Source: Chrysomallon squamiferum
Lineage: Eukaryota > Animalia > Mollusca
DNA length: 64,000 nucleotides
Direction of reading: 5' to 3'
Assembly: GCA_012295275.1 (NCBI GenBank)
Contig: CM022665.1
Location: 21,886,001-21,950,000 of the forward strand
The translations under genes were made by a program, and so were the position numbers. Shown piece by piece: positions 55,621-64,000 of the stretch. The first letter of the stretch is position 1, and every line of letters begins with the position of its first letter. The notes beneath the pieces are model-generated. The model made no database searches. It saw nothing but the letters and a program-made list of their open reading frames with translations, and was not told the origin of the DNA.

Positions 55621-56704
55621 ATGCCTCGTAACAGATCGCCTGATGACGAAGTCAGTCGTTATCATCGTTCTCGATCAAGCAGTCCAGAGGATTACACATA
55701 TGTGGTAAATAGAACTGTCGTCTTCAGACCTGTTTCAATGTTTATTTCATTTTTCTTTGTAAATGTTTTCATTTTTCTATAAATAATTAAAACATTTTAT
55801 TGTTGTTTTCTTTGTATTGCATTTTAACTGAGATTGACATAATACTGTGTTATAGGAGAGAAGACATCCAAAGAAGAGGAAGCATGAACATCGAAGTCCA
55901 TTAAGCAAGGATCATGGAAGAGACCACAAAAAAAGACGAAGTAATTCCAGTGAACGAATCAGTAAACGAAGTCATCACGATAGACACAGAGGAACAGAAA
56001 GAGCTGACCCTTACCGAAGAATTAAACAAGAGCCTATTGACAATTACACAAGTCCGGAACACGAAAGAGAGAGAAATGACAGAAACAGAGTACAGAATCG
56101 AAAACGTAGGGAAAGGGAGATGGATGCAGATGTTAAACATACTTGGGGACGACCTGAACAGTCAGAAGATGGTAGACCAGGACAACCAGTCAACAAAGAG
56201 AAACCAAACTTTGAAGTTTCTGGAAAATTGACTGAAGATACAAACACTTACAAAGGTGTTGTTGTTAAGTACAATGAACCTGCAGAGGCAAGGAAACCCA
56301 AAAAGAGATGGAGGCTTTATGGTTTTAAAGGTGATGAGGCACTGCCTGTTATTCAAATTCACAGACAGAGTGCATACTTGTTAGGACGAGATCGGCGTGT
56401 TGCTGATATTCCTATTGATCACCCATCTTGTTCAAAGCAGCAAGCAGCACTTCAGTTCAGGCTTGTTGAGTTCAAACGAGCTGATGGAACAGTTGGCAGG
56501 AGGGTTCGGCCATATGTGATTGATCTGAATTCTGCTAATGGAACTTTTGTGAACAATAAAAAGATAGAGCCACAACGTTATGTAGAACTGTGGGAAAAGG
56601 ACGTGCTAAAATTCGGTTTCAGTACCAGAGAGTATGTAATTTTGCATGAAGATATAGACACGTCTGAAGTACAGCGTGATGATGAAGATGGTGGAAGTAC
56701 ATGA
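55621..56704 (+). CDS. SNIP1: Smad nuclear-interacting protein 1 (RES complex, FHA domain), ~310 aa, 2 coding exons
   Basis: Exons 55621-55704 and 55856-56704 join in frame (933 nt). R/S/H-rich N-terminus with IKQEP SUMO-type motif, then KEKPNFEVSGKLTEDTNTYKGVVVKYNEPAEARKPKKRWRLY and FHA core GRDRRVADIPIDHPSCSKQ..DLNSANGTFVN..KFGFSTREYV. Confidence 0.95.
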
Positions 56705-59505
56705 TAATGTTCATTTCTTGTTTCTTGTCTGCATGTCAGTTTGCATTGAATTTTTTTACTATAGTTATACATGTTCCATGCAATTTGCTGATCTGTGCTA
56801 TCTTAAGAGTGCGTTCTTACAATCCCGTGATTGAATTTGGACAACATTTTTTAGATTGTGCACTTTACTGGTCCTGCACTATCTTGTCACACAGACTTGG
56901 CACATGACAATAGCATCCTAGACCTAGGTCTAACCAAAAACTATGGGAACAAATGTAAACATCACTTCACTCCATATTTTGAAAGCATCTAGATTAGTGT
57001 CATATGGAATGCAAAATTTGTTATTAATATTAAATTTAATGTTTTAAAATATAAATTTCACATATTTTTTTTTTTTAAATTCACTTTGTCTAGTTTTTTT
57101 GTTAAATCCTATGATATTGTCAGTGAATCTCCTTAATTTTAAACATATACAACAAACATTAACATGATTGTATTCAGTTTATAAACCGGTGTATGTTAGA
57201 CCACACTTGTTACACTAATTGGTTTAAAAAAAAGTGTTCCTCAGATTTAGGGAGGGGTGCATGTCTTACATATAAAACTTAAAATAAATTTTGCCAGTTC
57301 AGGTTTTTCCATTATAGTTTACTTTATTATTATGTGCACTCCAAGAGGGATATTAAAAAAAATAATAATAATAAATAAATCATTTTGATACAGTTGCTGA
57401 ACATATGTGTTTACTTAGCAAATTAAGAATTATGACTTTCATATATGCATAAGATTTACAATAAAGTGAATGTCTTGCAGTATTGAAAAATATATTTTTT
57501 TTTCCTTCTGTTTTTTCTGTTGGAAGAAGTGTACCCCTACAAATAAGATCCAAATGAACAAAATTATATTAACAGTGATATGCTGATTGATTTGCTTTGG
57601 ACAATCTTGAAAATGCTGCACCTTTTACTGTTTGTAAGAATGTACAACACAAGTTGGCAAATCACGCAGAAAACATATGTGTATACGTATTTGATATTAT
57701 GTAATTAGTTCAGAAACATTGATTGTATTATTTTTTAATTTCATAAACATAATTGTTTTTGTCTCTGACATGTATGTATTATGTCATATATATATACCTA
57801 GCTTTTTTGAAAATATCATGTTGCATTCTCATGATTGAAAACCTAATGATCACAATTTTAGCCAAACATAAGAAATCATTCCTAGTAATAATGTTTAGAA
57901 CATTCTGTTCAGCACAACAAATCATATACTCTGTACAAATCACAGATGGTATATGATCAGGTCTGAATTGTGCCCCTTTGGTTTTCTGTTTACAAAATTT
58001 ATATTTTATTCTGCAGTATCAAATTGTCTATGACAAATGTACATAATTTTGAATTTACCAATTTTTCTGGTAGATAATAATGTTTGTAATAAATTACACA
58101 CCAAGATTGCAGCTTATAAGCAATTCATTAATAAGTAATCTTTGACAGGAATTATTATTTGATCTTTATTATAGATAACTCATAATTATATCTTCTTTTT
58201 TCTTGGCACAGGTAAGGCTTAGTAGCTGTTATCTTTTGATTTTTTTCACATTTTATTCTTTGTCATTGTTGTAGATTACCAGTAAGATCCAGTATTAAAC
58301 TGATATCTTTTTGATAAAATTTTGGAAATGTTTTTGTAAAATATTTTTAAAAATAGATTATTCTGACATAACAAACTTGTATTAATATCTTCTTTTTACT
58401 GATTGAAATAATGTGAAAATATGTTGTCACGGAAATTCTTTTAATGTTATTTCAGTGAATTTGTAATGAGGTGTTGGACATTGTTTCACTGAGATACAGT
58501 CAGTTATATGCATATTAATGTTAATATAGGACTCCATAAATTAAAAAAAACAAAAACAATGCATTGGATGCAGATGTTTCATTACAATTCTTATTGTAGA
58601 TATATATTTAGGCATCATTATGGGTGTCAAGGTTTTACATCAGTTTAATAATGATATAGATTTTGTTGTTGTTGTTATTACCAAAAATAAAATCAAAATA
58701 ATAAAAAATGGTTTTGCTGAACTATCCATGAATTTTTGGTATCTTTATCATCCTCTTCTTCTTTAATCATTTGTATGAATACATATTTGTATTTCCTTTG
58801 ATCTGAGTGTAGATAAGATTTGATGTATTTCTGATAAATAAATATTTCTGTTTCTTTGTAGTTTTTGTCTGTTAATTTATTATCTGTTGGACTCAGTACT
58901 TTCAAAGTTATTAGGTTTAAACCATTTGGGCTTTTGAAAGATTTATGATTATTATTATTGTTATTAATACAGTAAAAGTTAAGAATAAGTGTCTACACAT
59001 CAAAGAAAGTTGGATATTTAATGTGTTTTATGCAAATTTATTCAGTTAATGCTGATCAGTGAAATATGTAAGTTAATTTTATTATTATTTTTTATAATAT
59101 CTCCCTGGAAACTAAAATGATTTCTTTGATATTAATTCTCACTTTTCTGTCTTTGTACTTTTGAAATCTGGTAAATATTTAATTCAGAAGAAGATGAAGT
59201 TACTGTTAACCTGTAGTAACTAAAAATACTTAATGTGCCTGCCTGCAGTATTCATTACAAACACAGATAACATCAGTATAACTAAGTGGTTGATTTCACA
59301 GGAAACTTCAAAGAACTGGAAATGTTTTGAATATTTCTAACTTCGATGAGATTAGTAATTAATCAAATTCAGTTACTTTCAATGGAACTGAATGTATTTT
59401 GTTAACTTAAAAAGCATTATTTTAATAAGGTATAAGAAGCTTATGCTAATCAAAGAAAAATAATTTTTTCTCTTTCCTCATGACATTGTTATGAATTAAA
59501 TGATG

Positions 59506-59536
<31 letters not shown>

Positions 59537-61431
59537 GAGAGAATAGAGTGGATCATTGCATGATTGCCATAATCTTTATTGCAGCTTTTTTTTTTTTTTT
59601 TTTTTTTTGAATCATGGATATTTGTTACGCACTCACCATATAAAGTGGAAAAAAAAAACGTAAGGCATTGGATGGAACCACTGATCTATGGTTTCTAATT
59701 GCTTAGAACTATTAATGAAACTGAGAAGCCTTCACTTTCATGAGAAATATAGAATTAATTTTACCGTGTTCTTTTGATGTTTGTGAATAAAGTTAATGCC
59801 CACGGAAATAAAAGACCAAGCCAGTTCGGAAGATTGTAAACAATTTGATGCCCTTGAACTTAAATCCCATTAATTAGTACGTAAACATATATATAATGAA
59901 AAATGACAGGAATAGTAAAAAATTGCTAAACTGTTTAGTTACGGTACTACGATTTATTTTTAGTTGCAAAAAAGAAAAAAAAATTGCGAATTATTTTTTT
60001 CTCATTGCACATTACATGTCATATAAAAAATAATAATAAATTAATAAATAAATAATATGAAATAAAATAATTAAAGACATTTTTTCGGATTTTTTTTTTT
60101 TTTTTTTTTTTTTTAAAGTGTAATTATGAAAGATCGTGTTATATGCTTTTCTGTGAGTAGCAAGGGCATAATATATCACTAGTACATAACGTAATCATCG
60201 CCAATTAATTGGTGTATGTGGATTCACTCTCGTGTCTTAAATTATCGAAACATCCATAAAAATCGGCTGAAAAAAACCACCAAAAACAAAGAAAATTAAA
60301 AAAAGAAGAAGAAGAAAATAAATGATAATTTATTTTATTGAAAAAAGAAAAAGAAAAAAAAAGAAAAGAAAATAAAGACATTTCAGAAGGATAACATATT
60401 TATTTTTATTTCTTTATTAGACAGCATAATTAACAGACATAAACATTTTATCACAACCTTTGGTATTTAAGTGTCTTTCTTCAATGAAATGTCGACAGTA
60501 ATTTGTCATGATTACCAAACGTACGCAGACAAAAAAATTAATATTTAAAACAGTTTTATAAAAAGTATTATTTCAAGAAGTCATCTCAACTCAGGAATGA
60601 TGATAGATAGGGTAAAAAATAAAATAAAATACCAAGATACTGTTTAAAACATTTTTCTTAATATCCACATCTTCTATTTCAAGCTTCTCGTTTTTCAGAT
60701 ATTTATGTCCGCAAAGCCTTATCAACCTTATATTTATGACTTTTTTTTGTGAAGGTTTAATAATAATTATTCGTAATTTTACAACCAAAACGTAACTCCT
60801 TATTTAATCAAGACATAATTTTCTAAACTGATTGCGTTGTCATTTGTAATTATTAAGGAGAGAAATGATTTTTTATTACAAAATATTATCAGGAATCATA
60901 TTTGTTTTATTCTTATATTTTTCCCCCCATATATCTAGTTACATTCTCATTTAAAAATATATTTTTTTAAATTAGTTATAACGTAAATAGAATATTAAAT
61001 ATTTAACAATATTTGTAACGCAAATAATATATTAAGTTTAAATACATTTGTGTGTGCGTGCGTGTGTGTGTGTGTATTAATCGCAGATTAAAAATTAAAG
61101 AATAGTTTAAAGAAATAAGTAGTAGACGCTGTAAGATGTTTACAAAATAAAGTATCTATAAATGGTGTTTCTATGTAACTTTTATATAATCAGAAAGCAG
61201 TAAGTACATATATATTTCCGGATATCTGAAAACGATATCTCAATAGAAAAGTACACATCAAACACAGAAATAATCATAAATTGTGTTCAATTTCAACACT
61301 TTTAAATGTGATGAGCTTTGATAAATACTTTTGACATCCTTTCATTGTAGTTACCCAGGAGCAGTTGTTGAAGTCATAAAAAGAACGAACACAACACGGA
61401 TGACGCGGAGATGTTTGCTCACGAATTCAAC

Positions 61432-63307
61432 TTATTTCTTCTTGTAATAATCCTGAAAAATAAACAGGTACATGTATTTGAAATTAACTGATATTGTTTG
61501 TTTATATTTGTGTTTTAATAAATAAATAAAGCAATTGTTATATCACAGTCCATCAGACAGATAAAACAAGCTTGACATATATACATTACGAGTTGTTTGT
61601 TATTTAATGTATAGCTTTCATACTTACGTAAATATATATTTAGTTTAATTTCTAGGTAAGCGATACATTTTGATGAATCCTTTTGTTAGGAAAAATACTT
61701 TTGTTGACGTAAATTAAAATTGTAAATAGTAACGTTACTTATAACTATTCATTTATTTCTAATGCATAAAACGACAGTCAAATAACCCACCATATTAAAT
61801 TGCCTGGATGTATGAACAAAGATATCAGACACGCATCCTTAATATCCTTTATGTACATGAAATTGAAAATGAGTCTTATTTTTGTGTGTATGTGTGTGAG
61901 ATACTGCCTCGCATACTAATGCTACTATTCGCTGGCAAATGTTTGCAAATTTTGTACAAAGATATCAATACTAAATTTGCAAATTGGATACTGGCAGTGT
62001 AGAAAAATCCGATTGTTGAAATCTGGATAAGACAACATTTATAATTACATGTTCTGAGGTGTCATCTGCACGTAGGACATCGATAGTACTACCATAATTA
62101 CTGGTTCTGTTTTCGACACAGCCATTTTAATCTAGAATGTGTGGTAACTACATACAAGATATGAAATACATACAACCTGATTGGATGCTCAATTTATTTG
62201 TACACATTATTTCACTGCTACAGCATTTCTAAATGTAGCCAGCAGTAACACGTTGTCACGGTGTCAACATCGTTACTTTAATGCCAACTGATGAAACGGA
62301 GAGGTAAACCTACCAAAATGGTGACATAGGCTCAATAATGTGTGTGTGTGTGCATCAGCGGCATTGATGACATCAGTACATCGTCGTCTCATGCTTCTAA
62401 TGAGAACATTAATCTCAGGAACAGTAATTGCGTGGTCAGTTCAACACTTGGATGTGGTTTCGCTCAAGAAGATTAGTGGTTAGCCTAGCGGTGTGTGGTC
62501 TAGCGTTGTCATGTCGAAACAGAAAGCCAGGATGCTGCTGCAGAAATGGAATGACCTCGTGGCAGTAATGTTGAGCAGTCATGTGTCCGTGAATGAAAAC
62601 GGGATCTGGTTTACCTCCACCATGAAAACCGGTACAGACCATGATGCTGCCACCGCCATATCGGTCATGCTGAATGACGTTGTCTGCATCATACCGTTCT
62701 CCCCGTCGCCTCCATACATGATGCTGACCATCCGCAAACTGAACACAAAACCTGGATTCGTCTGTGAATAATGTCTAATCCCATTGTTTAAGTCCTCAGT
62801 GTTGATGTATTCTGGCCCATCTCAGACGTTCCTGAATGTGACGCGCTGTCAGGGGTACAGCTACAACAGGGCGACGTGGCTGTAATACTGCAGCATGAAG
62901 ATGGTTACGGACAGTTTGAGAATGAATACTAGTTTCTGTGGTTTGCTGCAAAGTACGGGATAAACGTGCAGCACTTTCGAACCTACCAGAACGTAGTCGA
63001 TCTCGCACTTGCCCATTTTGGTGTCCGCGTGATATGGTACTGTCATGAACACGAAAGTACTGAACGACGTCGTGTATGCGTTGGCCGGCGTTAACCGTCC
63101 TATTGATTTATGACGTTGATTTTCCGTTAAGCCTGGACGGCGACCCATTATAACAGGATAAATTCTTCCTTCTGTTTTTTGGATAATGTTGGTTCAGTGC
63201 ATCAAAATGTGATTTCAATACATCTGTATTGCAGGCGTTTCTGCGACAGCACGAACGCACTGCGTTTGCACGTGCAGTACACATACAAAAACTTCCTGAA
63301 AATGGCT

Positions 63308-63401
<94 letters not shown>

Positions 63402-64000
63402 TATATACAAACACGTATATACAAACACACACACATATATATAAATGCGTCAACCATTTTTATTTACTTACATCATAATAATAGGATGAAGGCTGGTCTC
63501 CAGCTAGAGCTTGTGCCAACAAGATGAGTCTTCGATAACTTTCTTCACGATTATCTTCATCTCGCTTTTGTTGTGTCACGAATGGTCCCCAGTGAGTCTC
63601 TGGCTCTTCATAGGTAGGGTAAAAAAGACGCTTCTTCAGTCCAGGCATATCACTGAGCATCTCTCGTTTTACTGTAGAGTAGATTTCTTCGTCATTCTCA
63701 GGTGAATACAGTTCATTCTCCTCCTCCTTATATTCCTTGCTAGGAGTTTCGTAAGGCTCGTAGGCAACGTATGGTGGAGTGACAGTATCTGGCTTCTGAT
63801 ATTCAGTGTATAGGTCAAGTAGATCGGCCAAGTCTTGTAAATTCTGAGCAGTGGAATGGAACATCTCGTACAGTTCTTCGTCAGAGGGAAGACGTTCCTG
63901 GACTGGATACTGATCCATATAAAGGGCTTGGTCGTCCAGGAGATCACGTTTTATACGTCTGGCTCTTTTCAGCGTCTTGTGAGAACGCTTGATCATAGAA
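61432..64000 (-). CDS. Putative neuropeptide/granin-like prohormone, 5'-partial (last two coding exons)
   Basis: Frame open from the window edge to donor GAT|GTAAGT at 63472, spliced to TTTTTCAG|GATTATTACAAGAAGAAATAA at 61452-61432 (DYYKKK*). Acidic, Tyr-rich sequence with many KR/KKR/RR sites. Signal peptide would lie outside the window. Confidence 0.65.
62334..63148 (-). mobile_element. Defective Tc1-family transposase relic
   Basis: Fragments MGRRPGLTENQRHKSIGRL, QTVRNHLHAAVLQPRRP..LTARHIQERLRWAR, LFTDESRF, HDRYGGGSIMV, FRHDNARPHTAR, LIRSMRRRCTDVINA; in-frame stops, a frameshift, and loss of the SPDLNPIE segment carrying the catalytic Glu. TIRs not identified. Confidence 0.92.
63309..63442. 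repeat. Compound microsatellite (CT)n(AT)n(AC)n
   Basis: Directly visible; source of several spurious ORFs. Confidence 0.95.

Noticed and set aside
56918-56931. Perfect 14-bp palindrome TAGACCTAGGTCTA in the SNIP1 3' region
   Set aside because: Isolated, no loop or supporting context, no assignable function.
63179-63478. Overlapping ORFs with ERERER / SLSLSL / YIYIYI
   Set aside because: Translations of the compound microsatellite.
1-64000. Prokaryotic systems, tRNA, rRNA, snoRNA or retrotransposon ORFs
   Set aside because: None recognisable by eye; a covariance-model scan (Infernal/Rfam, tRNAscan-SE) would be needed to exclude small RNAs.

Overview
AT-rich, intron-containing animal genomic DNA (gene content and composition suggest a lophotrochozoan, possibly a mollusc; this is inference). 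Hand splicing of the sequence gives six protein-coding genes: PAWR/Par-4 (-, 6 exons), a ~1130-aa DNMT3 (-, 20 exons, PWWP-ADD-MTase), APEX1 (+, 10 exons, head-to-head with DNMT3), BLOC1S3 (-, 6 exons), SNIP1 (+, 2 exons, head-to-head with BLOC1S3) and the 3' end of an acidic, dibasic-site-rich prohormone/granin-like gene (-) running off the right edge. A complete U6 snRNA gene with TATA box lies antisense inside a DNMT3 intron. There are several DNA-transposon relics (pogo/Tigger-type MITEs, a hAT MITE, a dead Tc1). The most notable locus is DNMT3: as written it has a 1-nt frameshift that removes catalytic motif X, an apparent GC-AG intron, a Glu in the PWWP aromatic cage, Ala at the R882-equivalent site, a nested U6 gene and a shared upstream region with a base-excision-repair nuclease. 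Exon boundaries were read by eye and are not confirmed by transcripts.
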